A stretch of DNA of 64,000 nt from Balanoglossus misakiensis (lineage: Eukaryota; Animalia; Hemichordata): positions 10,863,477 through 10,927,476 of the forward strand of contig CM082593.2 in assembly GCA_040954595.2 (NCBI GenBank), written 5' to 3'. The translations under genes and the position numbers were made by a program. Under the pieces are notes generated by a model that ran no database searches, was not told where the DNA came from, and saw only the letters and a list, made by a program, of their open reading frames with translations. Position 1 is the first letter of the stretch, and the number at the start of each line of letters is the position of its first letter. This document shows positions 36,345 to 50,000 of this stretch, one piece after another.

Positions 36345-39300
36345 CTGTGAATCAAATAGATATAGAAGTTAGTAACCAGTCATAGTAGCTCTAAGTTGGG
36401 TGTAAAAGTCTAAGTTGGGTGTACTAACTCTCCTTGTTAACAGTAACTTTCAAAGAAACTGAGCAATTGGTTAAAAAGATTTGCTATCCAAAAACAAAGA
36501 AATTTACAACAAACTACCTAAATATTGACAACAGGAATTTAATCAAAGTTGCACATACATGTACATGTGTTATGAAATTGTTAACTAACTTCCAAAGCAA
36601 TCAGGAACCAGATATTAACTGAATATGCTCACGTGCAGTACTGTGATTGGTTGACAGAATAACAAGATTAGAAAAACCAGTTTTAAACCATTTTGGTTTA
36701 TAGTGTATATGGTGTAAGGGTTGTGTGTTGCACCATTGTGAAATGTAAACATGTTTGTGGAATTGTTGCCTTGTCAATTTTTGTAAGGGGTTATGAGTCA
36801 TGTACCCCATCCTGAACTGCATAAAAATAATAAGTCTATGGAATTCTAAAACTCTTTGATCAAAAATGGCAAGAAATATACCAAAAAGTATGAATATTTC
36901 ACCAGATTTCAACAAATCTGATTTCTGTTCATGCCTAAGAACCTCTTTAACAAGTTTCAATAAGGTAGACATTTTGGCAAACAACAGGAAATTCAGACAA
37001 ATCTGACTGATATCACATATATGAATTCCCATTCAAAGTTTCAAACCAATTGGACTTGTGGTATTACCGAAGACTATTTGGCCAAACCCTGCAGAAATTC
37101 CCAAAAAATACAATTATGCAAATTTCATTACAATTTGATCATATCTGACTGAGATCACCCCTAGAAACCCAAATACAAAGTATCAAAACAATTGCACCTA
37201 CATTTCACAGGATTGGATTTTTTGGCAAAAACAGGAAATATTGCCCAAAAATGCATTTTTGCAAATTTCACCACCGTTTGCACAAATGTGATTCAGGTAA
37301 GCCCTATGAACCTCCATACCAAGTTTCCAATCAATTGGACATGTAATTTCAGAGAAAAATTTTTTTTAACAAAACTGCAGAAAATTCCCCCAAAAATTCA
37401 TAAAAAATAGGAAACGCCAGATACTGACTCCACCTGAACAAAATCATACGAGGTCTTCCCAAAGTACTTGCACACCAATGCACGCCAATTTTTAACTTAA
37501 TCTGATCCGCTGTTATTAAGTTTTTCAATTTTGACTATTTGAACATTTTTCCAGTTAATACCAGTATGCATTTTTTCGCAATAACAATTTCTATGTACAC
37601 ACTAAATATCAGTAGTTTCAAGTTTTTGATGTTGATGGACATACACATACATACATCAATACATTAAGACGAAACTGATCCATTCACAAAATACATAATT
37701 CTGTATGAGGCACACATACAGACATACATAGCCGACGGACACCAACTTATGCTATAAGCTGACATTTATATACATGTTAGCCAAAAACCAAAATCAACCT
37801 CAAAATAGACATTAAAATATATTGCACCACCATGAGAAGACAAATTCATTTTTTGACAAATTTTCTGGGGCGTCATTGATATAGCATGGCATATTGTCAA
37901 AGTACGTAGGCTCTGTGATAAGATTCCATACACACAAAATGGTAACCTTGGAAGTCCAGCTGACGTAGTTATGCAATGGCGTCTCGTGTATTCCGTCGCC
38001 AAAAAATCATCGTAAACTAATTGATAGTCGGGGTCACAATTCAAGACGACTTTCTCTAAATTCTTTATGAATGGATTAAATCGAAATCGAAATGTTGACG
38101 TATGACGTACGGAATGAGATCTGAACAGACATTCAATGTTATCATTCTCGCTCGATCACATATTGGGTAGGCCATCTAGCAATCGCTATATAGTATTGGC
38201 GATAACAGACTGTCTATAAACACACAAAACGGATTTTACTGTTGAGTGTGATCAACCGCCATGTTATTTTTCTCTGAACAATAGACAAATAGAAAGCCTG
38301 GTGACATTTTGAGATTGACTGCGTGAGGACCACAATATGCGTGAATCATTTACGGTTTGTCTTGATGAATGGGTCACGTCATAGTCATAACGCGGATTCG
38401 GCTGCACGCCAACTATCCGCCATATTGTCTCCACTAACTTACTCGTAAGTAGTTTCAAACTTCATTTGAAAAGAGTATTCGTCTGACGGTCCTGTAGATT
38501 AACAATTTACGCTCTATGAAGCAACTAAACAACGTTAGCTTCCTTGTGGATTCACGTAGGGAAGTTATTCGTAACGACGGGTACAGCGTCTGAGCATGGA
38601 CAGAACCACGGCAATATCGCCAGGAATGTCTCATTTCACAGCGCCCTCAAACAGTCGATCTCCTCAAACTATCGTTTCCACTGGTCATATATGCAGCATT
38701 AACGAAAGCTCTCATAGACAACCATGTAATAGAAAAATTAAAACTTTAATAACTTCATTAATATCAAAGCCACACCCACCAAAACCTTTCCAGTTCTTGC
38801 CATATGATATCTGAACCTGTGTACTAAATTTGGTTGAAATCGGTTCAGCGGTTCTTGAGATATCGGGTATACAGACAGACACACACATACACAGACATCG
38901 CTAAACTATAAGCTCACGTGATTTTCAGGTGAGCTAAAAATTGGGTTACCCCTAGGAATATTCCTACCATATTTCAAAGCCATCAAAAAAGCAGTTTCAA
39001 AGAAAAACACATTTGTTCAAAAGTGGCAAAAACACAAATATGCAAACATCTCTATAATTGTACACCATCTTACTTCAATCACTACAAGGAACATTCCTGC
39101 CAAAATTCAAAGCAATCTGACAAGGGTTTGAACGGTTTAACAGAAAACAGTTTTTGACAAAGATTGCAAAAAATATCCCCAATAACACAAGCACGCAGTT
39201 TTAACCATTTTATGACATCTTCCTTGGGTTACCCCTGGGAATCTGCCTACCAAATTGCAAAGCATTCTGACCATAATTGGCAAAATTGCTCAAAATTATA

Positions 39301-41754
39301 AATATGCCTATTTTACAACAATCTGAACAAAAAATATGGTAACTCGGACCACCCATAGGAAGCTTCATACTAAATTTCGAAGGAGTCGGACTATCGCTTT
39401 CAGAAGTGAAGATTTTTTTTTACCAATAATGTGGAAAAAGACAAAAAAAATTAATAAACATTAGAAAATTCATAATATTAGCTCACAACATACAGGACTG
39501 TATGGGGTTCATTGACATACCAATCTGACCAGTGGTTGTCAAGTTTCTGACTTTTGACCAATTTCACATTTACACAGGTAATATTTTGGCAATGACAATT
39601 TAATTTGAACAAAATCCCATCTACAGCCCCGCCTGCATCTACACACTAAATATGGAAGTGATATGCCCAGCGGTTTTCATCCATTCACTCATACATACAA
39701 ATGCAACTGATTCCATAAGGTCCCAATCGTATATATGTACATAAACCAAATGGGACCTAAAAATTGCTCCAAAATTATAAATACGCAATTTTTGGCAACA
39801 ATTTAAACAAAACTATGGTTGGTAACTCAGATCACCTATGAAGCTTCATAATAAATTTCAAACAAGTCAGCTGATCAATTCCAGAAAAGTAGGTTTTTAC
39901 CGACAATGTGTAAAGAGACAAAAAAAATGCTTAAAAATAGAAAATTCACATTATTAGCTCACAACATGTAGAATTGTGAGAGGATACCATAAGGTACATG
40001 CATACCAATTATCAATTTTGAAAGCAATTTGCCCAGTAGTTGTTGAGTTCCCAAGTTTTGACGAATTTGACACTTTCCCAGCTAATTTGCATATTTTGGC
40101 AATGACAACTTCACTTAGACAAACTCCCATCTACTGCCCTGTCTGCACATTAAATATCAAGGTGAAATGCCAGTAGTTTCCAAATGTTTGATGTTGATGG
40201 ACATACAAACATCCATACATACAGGTGCAACTGATCCCGTAAGGTACCATGGTATAAATACATATACCAAATGGGACCTAATAATTCTGATAAAATGCGT
40301 ACATACGTACATACATACAAGTCAGCAATAAGGAGACGGGATAGTGGGCTGGCACTGAGTGTCTATTTCTATTGCAAATTATAAACATGCAGCAAGTGTA
40401 AAAACCACATGTACCTTCAACGTCCTTGGACAACACATTTTTGTAACTTTCCCAGATCAATGGCTAATATTACTTGCCAAAGGCGACTAGAATTTTGGGG
40501 GCCTGATGCAAGTCTGATACATGTACTTCATGATTTAGAGATATGATGAAAATCCTGTCAACCGAATTACAGGGAAATCAGATTTTCCATGTAAAATCAT
40601 ATCACCCAAAAGTGTCAAAAATAATTTTGAAACAAAAAGTCTACTCAAAATCATACCAAAATTTAAATGTTAATGCAGTACGTTAGGCAAGCAATTTGAG
40701 AATGAAGAAACTTACAAAATAATTTATAAATTGTAAATAATTTACAAATGCCGCACACAAACTTACAATTACTACCATATTACTGAACATGTTAAAAGGA
40801 CATTGTACCAGCAGAGACATTGTGATCGAGCAATCCCCAAGATATACATGACATGGTCTAATTACAAATATTGAATATGTAAAATATGTACACAACACTT
40901 CCAGTCTTACAGTACAGTCAGCTGCTTGTGAACAATAGTCATGTAGCTATTTCATCAAATTTACAGCCCAAGTCTTGCCTATACAATTCTCCCTACTTTA
41001 AACACGTTTTAAGCTACCCTAAATGAGTGATGAAAATCTCATACGGTCGATAATTTCAAGATGGCCGATTTTTGCCATGTTAAAGAAATGGGAGTTCATA
41101 AGCTAAAATGATGATGGGTCATTCTTGAACTTTTTAACAGAAAAAATAGCAAAAGTGAAAAAAAGTTTAATATGCTAACTACCGAGACAGAAATGTTTGA
41201 CCGAAGGAAGTCATGAAATACAGTAAACATATCATTTCTTCTATCTCTTACTACAGTTGGTTATGGACTTTCCGCCCAGAATGCAATGAGATTTGACACC
41301 TAGCGCAAAGTGAAAAACCTATTTAAGGCAGCCAGAATTTTCTGCATAGTATGACGGAAACATTTGTAAAGTCATGGCTAGCATGGGTTGGCAGGTTTAT
41401 GGGACCCGCTCAGGTTCCCTCGAATAACACATAATGCATGATTGGTGACTGATTATTGTTTATTTGTTGATTTTGTCACATTTTCAGAAAAATCCCTATC
41501 AATCAGTCATATTTGTTTGGCCTTGCTATACAGCGCAATATGAATCTTGTTGACTGAAATTGTTGAGGATAGTGGTACATAAAGGTTACCAATTGGAAAA
41601 TATTAAAATGATTATTAGTGGTGTCCAACTCTTCATGATAACCAGTTGTGGCTTGCCACCACCATAATTTTAAAAGGGTGACTTCACTATTTGATGGGAA
41701 AAGGTAGCATTTACAAACAAGCTATGGAGCATGTATACAGCAAGGTGTGCTTAC

Positions 41755-41827
41755 CGGAAAGCGGTCTTGGATCAGGCCTAGGTATTCTCTTCCTCCTCCG
41801 GCATACGTTGAAATGCTGTGTTTAAGA
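41755..41827 (-). other. 73-nt diverged paralogous micro-exon
   Basis: tactaat branch-like site, the same atttgattcacag acceptor and a GTAAGC donor. Shares GCATTTCAAC and AAGACCGCT with the 75-nt exons. Confidence 0.55.
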
Positions 41828-42165
41828 CTGTGAATCAAATATATGCAAATATTAATTAGTAACCAATCAACCTTGCTTTAGAATTATGTGGGCCATACAA
41901 ATTAGTGAAAATATGCAAAACATGGTATAATATAGGGTCAGAAAAAATTTCCAGCCTGTTTGTGTCATGATTTACATTTTTCTTTCTGGCCTAAAGTATT
42001 GTTTTATTTCACTCTAAACAACATTACTTTCCTTCATGCGTCTAATATAATAACAGATCTCTTAGCCAGTTTGATTAAGCATAGTGTTGGACTAGCACAC
42101 GTTCAGCCAAAGTTAAAGTATCTCCCTGTGTATTGATATGGGAGTAATTTTAGCTATATGGTTAA

Positions 42166-42512
42166 AGGGACAAAGTCTCTCTGTCGCTGTCCTTTTTCCA
42201 TTAATTATGTTTGATACAAGACACTGTTTATGTCAATGTACATTTGGATATATAGTGAATAAATGATCAACCACACAAAACTTCCATCCCGCTTGTATGA
42301 TATGAGAGTAAAAACTCGCCCAAAATGAATAAATGGTAAAGAACGATTATTCATTTTGGCGAGTATTTTTACTCTCGTGTCTACAAGTGGGACGGAAGTT
42401 GTGTGTGGCTGAACGTTCATTCACTATATATCTACATGTAGAATAACAAACGGTGTCTTGTATCAAATATAATTAATGGAAAAAAGGGCAGCGAGAGAGA
42501 GACTTTGTCCCT
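42166..42512. mobile_element. Kolobok-like non-autonomous element (TTAA TSD, ~60-bp TIR)
   Basis: TTAA|agggacaaagtctctct...agagagactttgtccct|TTAA, with an internal hairpin at ~42305-42376. Confidence 0.85.
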
Positions 42513-42754
42513 TTAAGGAAATGCATCCACATTTATTTTATGCTCCACGTGAAGATTTGAACTTGTGAGTTGTCCATCTAATTCATGACATCACGATCAT
42601 ATCACAAGCAATCGAGGCCAGAATTCGAAGGGGAAAAAACAGGTACATTGTATTGAAAGCTGGAATATGTAAATTAGTTCGTAGACATACATTTCTTCCT
42701 ATTGTTTCGGTTGCAACACCCGATAAAAGCAAATATAAAGCAAGTCATGCTTAC

Positions 42755-42829
42755 CATTGAGCGGTCTTAAACTCGCCCCGGACAAGGAAGAGAATCCCGA
42801 GTTGAAACGCAGACAGTTTCAGGCAGCAT
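42755..42829 (-). other. 75-nt micro-exon, copy 2
   Basis: TACTAAC at 42853-42859, ttcacag acceptor and GTAAGC donor. Four substitutions relative to copy 1. Confidence 0.6.
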
Positions 42830-43032
42830 CTGTGAATCAAATAGACATAGAAGTTAGTAACCAGTCATAGAAGCTCTGCGTGGCAGGGCTGCGTGTTAAC
42901 GGCTATACCATAGCTCCCACTGGTAGCTTATAACAGTCTCAATGGTGCCAAAAATCTCCCCAACAACAAAACCAACCCTGGTCAGTTTATTCGCTATCGC
43001 TTTGCCTTAAAAGTTATACTGTAGTGTGTTAC

Positions 43033-43451
43033 CACAGGGGGCTCCTCCCTCCGCATTTTTTATTGTTTGTTTGTTGTTGTTGATTGGCATAATAAACAAA
43101 TACATATTTCTTTATTAATAAATATGGTTTGTTGACATGTAAGTGTTAGGGTATATTCAACAGTTAGGGTTACTGTTGGAATTTTTTTCGATCCACGGCC
43201 CCGGGCATCACTAAGCCACAGGGGGTGGGGGGGGGGGGGGTTTGGGGGGGGGTGATGCCGGCCATGGATCGAAAAAATGCCAACACTAATTCTAACCGTT
43301 GAATATACCATAACCTGTCAAATATACCCTAATAACCTAACCCTTACATGTCAACAAACCATATTTATTAATAAAGAAATATGTATTTGTTTATTATGCC
43401 AATCAACAACAACAAACAAACAATAAAATCGCCTAGGGAGAGCCCCCTGTG
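43033..43451. mobile_element. Palindromic MITE, P-element-like (CACAG termini, 7-bp TSD)
   Basis: GTGTTAC|cacagggggctc...gagccccctgtg|GTGTTAC, with ~170-bp imperfect inverted arms around a G-run centre. Confidence 0.8.
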
Positions 43452-43696
43452 GTGTTACGGTACCACCTGCTCCACAATAACAAAGCTGACTCGAGCCAAC
43501 GAACGACGTACAATTTACTCGCACGGTGTAATATAACGCACAAATTCCATGCGACTGTGAGTTTACTGTTTGGTGCTGTAACGCTTCCCAAAGTCAGAAT
43601 TTCGATGTTGGGGGGACCCTCTCGCCCTACCACGACCAGTTTTTGAGAGAAGGAGTGTACATGTACTTGTAAAATAACATTAAATGCCATGCTTAC

Positions 43697-43759
43697 CAGA
43701 GAAACGACATCATCAAGCATGGAGGCGACCGGGACCTCCATGCTTGATGAACGTCAAAG
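43697..43759 (-). other. 63-nt hairpin micro-exon
   Basis: cattgcag acceptor and GTAAGCATG donor. Internal perfect 16-bp stem TCATCAAGCATGGAGG / CCTCCATGCTTGATGA with a 9-nt loop. Confidence 0.5.
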
Positions 43760-46035
43760 CTGCAATGATTTTTCAAATGCAATGGTCAGCGGTACGAGAA
43801 CGAGGCACCAGCTGTGCGTCAATTATGCAACTTACTTACTACTCAATCAGAATCCTGCTTCAACATGACGTAACACTAATTAGTCAAAGAATGCAATGCA
43901 ACGTATGTGTGCGGGTGGAGAATGCGCCTCACGTCAATGCAGACACACCAGACACACACACTGAAATGCAAATTGAGGAATTATGTCACGGTGTTCTTTG
44001 GAAGTGCGAATGAATAAAATATTTCGTTTTCTTCAGTGTTTTTGTACTACAAAAAAAATTGCTAAAAAACGACTAGCAAGCGCTTATGCAATGAAATACA
44101 AATAAATATAATTATCGCCAATTGGAAATGGAACGTCAATCCGCATTTGTCAAAAAATAACAGAAAAGACAAAGGAGCTGAGACGTCCTAAAATAAAAGG
44201 AATGACCTCTCTGTTCTGACCTGTATGAGGAAGCCCTATTGTAATACGCAATATGTAGGATCATGCTACCATCCGCCATTCTGATTGGACGAGAGATCAA
44301 TCCATCGATACGAAAGTACTCAATAGAGCACTGCTAAAACTGGCCCCTGAACTAATAGCATGCAACAGGGAAAACGTGACTAAATAAAAAAAAATATAGC
44401 TGATAAATTTACGGACGGCCGGTTTATTTTTTAACTGCTCTATTGGAACTGTTGTCACTGTCATGCACGATGCATGTCTTGTCATTGCGCACTCGTGTTA
44501 ACATTCATCAGAGCGCCTTTCGATCAATTCGTAACGTTTACATTAGACTCGAGTTCATTTTCGTTATGAAAATGACATTGATATACACAAAGTCGATTAC
44601 TGATATAAAATAATAGCAATAACCCTAACCATAGATTAGGCTATAGCATTCCGGTATTTTTTTCAATATCACTCAGGAAGGATTCTATAACAGTCTGTTT
44701 TGTATCGGGATGTATAATTTAATATCCATACTACAAAACAAATATCAGCGGTAACTCAGAAAATATTGTTGAAAATTTGTTCTCTGTAGGCCTAACCATG
44801 GTAAGATAATGCAATGCCGGTAAGTATTTTGGAAGTCAAGGTTGCATTGTATTGTCTGGTGTTCAAATAATCACAAACATCCCGGAAGACTAAATTCTTT
44901 CTGTCAAAACCACTTCTGCAACGACAAGAACTTTCAGGGCAGGCAAAACCATGGCATGAAGACGATATGAAGTCGATGAGTTAATGTTATGTTGAACCCG
45001 GCCACTTTACGTATCTTAACTATTCACACATTGACCATTCTATAATTCTCTCCCTTTTAATGTCTTCTTTGTGGTTTGTTTGTAAAAATGTTGCCTGTGT
45101 TGAAACTTGACTACTTGTCACTTTTGCCTACCAAGAATAATATGACCAAAAGGGGTGGCATGAAATTCTAGACTGTAACAAAACTCGATTTCATGACCCA
45201 AAGTTTGATTTTATGTGTTTTTGGTTTGGACGTGGCAAAGACATGTAAATTCCGACCACCTATACACCATCCATACATGTATGAATCGACATCATTTATT
45301 GCACGAGAGACTTCAAGCAAGCATTCCATCATCGCAAAAGGACAAAGAGAGAGCGACTTTGTCTCTTTAAATTAATTTAGCAAGTTCAAAGTGAATGCCC
45401 ACATGAAAACCTTTACTCAGCAATTTTTTTTGTAATTAATAAAACTAGGTTTGGTATGTTTTTGCGCTTGTTTTATTTTCCTTTTGTCTATAAATAGTCG
45501 TATATTTTAAAACAGCTAAAATGAGTCAAATGGGGCATTTTTCCATCCCACCTCATCCTAGCTAAGAGCTTCAGTGCCGGTCACCTCCACAAAATTAATT
45601 TACCACGAACAAATTGAAATACAGCCAATCGGAAAAAGTGCGCCACCACATGGTCATTTGAAGACTTTTATGCTCTCTTCTGGCCGTAAACGCATGTGAT
45701 CTGGAATAAATCGAACATCGATCGTGTTTTATTTATTTTCACCACCAGCGAAAATCTACGACGGCCCAACCGCAGATTATTGCTGCTCCATACAACAACC
45801 GGCTTAAACTGTTCTGTGCATGTGTTTTGTGTTCTGGTGGCGTTTGCGGGTCTGAGACGTCATTTGTAGAAGGCCCTATTCGTTTTCTACCAATAACTTT
45901 TACCAACCATGCTAGAACTATTTCGTTTTATTTGACGACGCTTGACACTTTTCTTGCTTTGTTGTTAGTACATGTAGTTTGTTTGTTCGTTACGTCTGTT
46001 ACTGGGGTTCTTCACTTGTAGTCTGGTTACACTAT

Positions 46036-49000
46036 GAGATAGGTGCCGTTAATCAGAATTTTTGGTAAGGAAGGTTTGAGAAGTCCATTCTATGTAAAAA
46101 ATGGTGCTCATTCCAAAAAAGTCAGTCTTATTAACCCCACTCAAGACAAAATTGCCATTTTGGCCATTTTTAACCCCAAAATGGTCTTTTTTTAGAAAAC
46201 ACTAAAAACACATTGTTTTCGTCACATTCTGAGATCTGATAACATATGATATGCTTATTCTATGTAAAATTTGGTGAATATTACGAAAAAAGTAGTTCGA
46301 TTGACCCAAAACAACAGAAAATTGCCTTTTTGACCAATTTTTGCCCCAAAAACGTCATTTTTAGAAAAAAAATAAAACACACGGTTTTCTTCATAATGAT
46401 TGATCTGGTGATATATGGAAAGTCAATTCTATGTTAAAAGTGGTGACTTTAAAAAATAAAGCAGTCTTTTTGACCTCAATCAATACAAAAATGCCATTTT
46501 TGGCCACTTTTTGTGGTCAAAAAAGGTCATTTTTACAAAAAAACTAAAAATAAATTGTGTTTATCATATTCAGAGATCATTGGATATATGAAATGTCCAT
46601 TCTATGTAAAAAATGGTGCTGATTCCAGAAATAGCAGTCTTATTGACCCTACTCAAGAAAAAATGCCATTTTTGCCACTTTTTGCCCCAAAACGTCATTT
46701 TCAGAAAACACACAAAATTTATATATTTTCTTCACTTTCGGAGATCTGATAATGTATTATATGCCCACCCTATGTAAAATCTGGTGATTATTCGAAAAAA
46801 GCAGATTTATTGACCCAACCTAATGCAAAAATGCCCTTTTGGAAAGTTTTTGCCCCAAAAGGCCATTTTTAGAAAAAAATTTAAAAACAAACTTTTCTTC
46901 ATAAAGCTCAGAGATCATGTGATATATGAAATGTTCATCCTATGTAAAAAATGGTGCTGATTCCAGAAATAGCAGTCTTATTGATCCTACTCAAGAAAAA
47001 ATGCCATTTTGCCACTTTTTGCCCCCAAAACGTCATTTTCAGAAAACACTCAAAATTTATATATTTTCTTCACTTTCGGAGATCTGATAATGAATTATAT
47101 GCCCACTGTATGTGAAAAATTTCCAAAAAAGCAGTTTTATTGATGCCACTCAAGATAAAAGTGCCTTTTTGGCAAGTTTTTGCTCAAAAAGTGTCATTTC
47201 TAGAAAATACGAAAATTATGCCATTTTCTTCCCATTGGTGATCAAATGATAAATAAAAGTACTAAAAAACCCACTCTTACTGACCCCACTGAGGGAAAAA
47301 AATATCATTTTGGCCTCTTTGCTCAAAAAGGTAACTGTTAGAAAAAATAAATACAAACTTATTCCTTTATATTCAGAGCCCTTGTGATGTATGTAAATTC
47401 GTTTTTTTTTTGTGTGTGTGTGCAAAAAATATGCTGATACCAGCACAACGGTCTTATTGAGACACCCCGCTCAGTACAAAATTGCCATTTAGCCATCTTT
47501 TGGTCAACAATAGGCATTTTCAGAAAACAAATATAATTGATGTTTTTGCCTTTTGTGTTCTGATGTTGTATATGCATATTTAAAACGCCATAACCATATA
47601 ATGTCAATTAAATTGATGATATTGAAAGACAGGGTTGCCACAATTTGGCAAATTTAGCCCAAAACTGAACTTAACAATAAGATGATCCATGTATACGCAC
47701 TGTCTACTATAAGTCGATTATGCGTGGTGTGGAATATTTAGGTTCAGATATGCCAGCTCGGGAGAGAGTGTTGAAATTTATTCTCTTCAATCTGAATACA
47801 AAATCAGAAATTATATTATAATTTATATCATGATACCTCCGTCATACTGATTGGACAGGAGTGCAACGATGCTAGAATACTCAATAGAGCACTGCTAAAA
47901 CTGGCCCCTGAACTAGCACGCAGCAGGAAAAATGTGGGTTTAAACTAAATAAACATAAAACCCTTGACGTTTTAATTTGGAACTGCTGTATGGGAATATT
48001 TGGGCAATGTGCAATGCCTTTCTTTTGTCATCTGTATCATGTTTAGAGCTTGGTCCCGGGCGGCGTGTTTACATTCATTGACGCGAGTTTTGTTCCATTC
48101 GTAACTTCTTTTCCTCTCGACGCTGTTTCATCATCATTATGAGTTCAACTTGGGCTAATTTTGCAAAAACTCCAAATACAAACATTTTTTCGGTACAAAA
48201 TGGCTAAAATGATAATTTTTTCTTGAGTAGATCTATTTTTGGCTACAAATAGCAAAAAAGGCAATTTTGACAACCAGAGTGCCGTTTTTGGAATAGTCAC
48301 CAAATTTTACACAGAATGGACTTTTCATACATGATCAGATCTCTGAATATGAAGAAAACAATTTGTCTTTAGTTTGTTTGTTTTTAATGAACATTTTTGA
48401 CCAAAAAAGTGGCCGAAATTACAAATTTCAATTGAATAGGGTAAGCAAGACTTCCGTTTTTGGAACAGTAACCACGTTTCAATATAGAATGGGCTTTTAT
48501 TTATAATAAGATCACCGAAAGTGAAGAAAAGAGAATGCTTATTAATATATTCTTAAAAATAACAATTTTGTGCAAAACTTAGCCAAAAAGGTGATTTCAT
48601 CATGGTTGAGGTAATTAAGACTGCATTTCTGGAATCAACACCTATTTTACAATAAATGTACTTTTCACACATCATAGAATCTCCAAATAAGAATCAAACA
48701 GTTTGTTTATAATGATTTTCGAAAAGTGGCTTTTTGGGCAAAAACTTGTCAAAAAAGCACTGTTTTCTTGAGTGGCGCTAGTAATTTTTTTTTGAATTTT
48801 TTCACATAGAGTGGGTACATAATACATCATCATCTCCGAAAGTGAAGAAAATATAAAAGTTTTGGGTGTTTTCTAGAAATGACACTTTTTGGGCAAAAAC
48901 TTGCCAAAGGGCACTTTTATCTTGGGTGGCATCAATAAAACTGCTTTTTTGGAAATTTTTCACATAAAGTGGGCATATAATACATTATCAGATCTCCGAA

Positions 49001-50000
49001 AGTGAAGAAAATATATAAATTTTGAGTGTTTTCTGAAAATGACGTTTTTGGGGCAAAAAGTGGCAAAAATGGCATTTTTTCTTGAGTAGGATCAATAAGA
49101 CTGCTATTTCTGGAATTAGCACCATTTTTTACATAGTTTGAACACTTCATATATCACATGATCTCTGAGCTTTATGAAGAAAAGTTTGTTTTTAATTTTT
49201 TTTTCTAAAAACGGCCTTTTTGGGTAATAACTTTCCAAAAGGGCATTTTTGCATTAGGTTGGGTCAATAAATCTGCTTTTTTGGAATAATCACCAAGTTT
49301 TACATAGGATGGGCATATAAGTGAAGAAAATATATAAATTTTGAGTGTTTTCTAAAAATGACGTTTTGGGGCAAAAAGTGGCAAAAATGGCATTTTTTTT
49401 CTTGAGTAGGGTCAATAAGACTGCTATTTCTGAAATCAGCACCGTTTTTTACATAGAATGGACACTTCATATATCCAATGATCTCTGAATATGAAAAACA
49501 CAATTTATTTTTAGTTTTTTTGTAAAAATGACCTTTTTTGACCTCAAAAAGTGGCCAAAAATGGCATTTTTGTATTGATTGAGGTCAAAAAGACTGCTTT
49601 TTTTTTAAAGTCACCACTTTTAACATAGAATTGACTTTCCATATATCACCAGATCAACTATTATGAAGAAAACCGTGTTTTTTAATTTTTTTCTAAAAAT
49701 GACGTTTTTTTGGCAAAAAATGGTCAAAAAGGCAGTTTTCTGTTGTTTTGGGTCAATCGAACTATTTTTTTCGTAATATTCACCAAATTTTACATAGAAT
49801 AGGCATATCATATGTCATCAGATCTTAGAATGTGACGAAAACAGTGTGTTTTTAGTGTTTTCTAAAAAAACACCATTTTTGGGTTAAAAATGGCCAAAAT
49901 GGCAATTTTGTCTTGAGTGGGGTCAATAAGACCATTTTTTACATAGAATGGACCTCTCAAACCTTCCTTACCAAAAATTCTGATTAACGGCATCTAGCTC
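46036..50000. mobile_element. ~4 kb foldback element with >1.1 kb inverted arms built of subrepeats
   Basis: tgccgttaatcagaatttttggtaaggaaggtttgaga at 46044 is mirrored at ~49936-49993. The ORF track shows mirrored ORFs (46246+ / 49620-). Confidence 0.9.

Larger units (their letters stand above)
32110..36395 (+). repeat. Local segmental duplication, copy 1 (copy 2 ~38985-42880)
   Basis: Collinear similarity, e.g. 33930-35110 with 39825-41100 and 36070-36395 with 42540-42880. Confidence 0.85.

Noticed and set aside
38437-38491. ATG-containing first exon (MKFETTY) for the micro-exon gene
   Set aside because: The donor is part of the palindrome acttac-tc-gtaagt and there is no counterpart upstream of copy 2, so the evidence is too weak.
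46246-49811. Mirrored short ORFs such as MICLFYVKFGEYYEK
   Set aside because: They are a by-product of the inverted arms of the foldback element.
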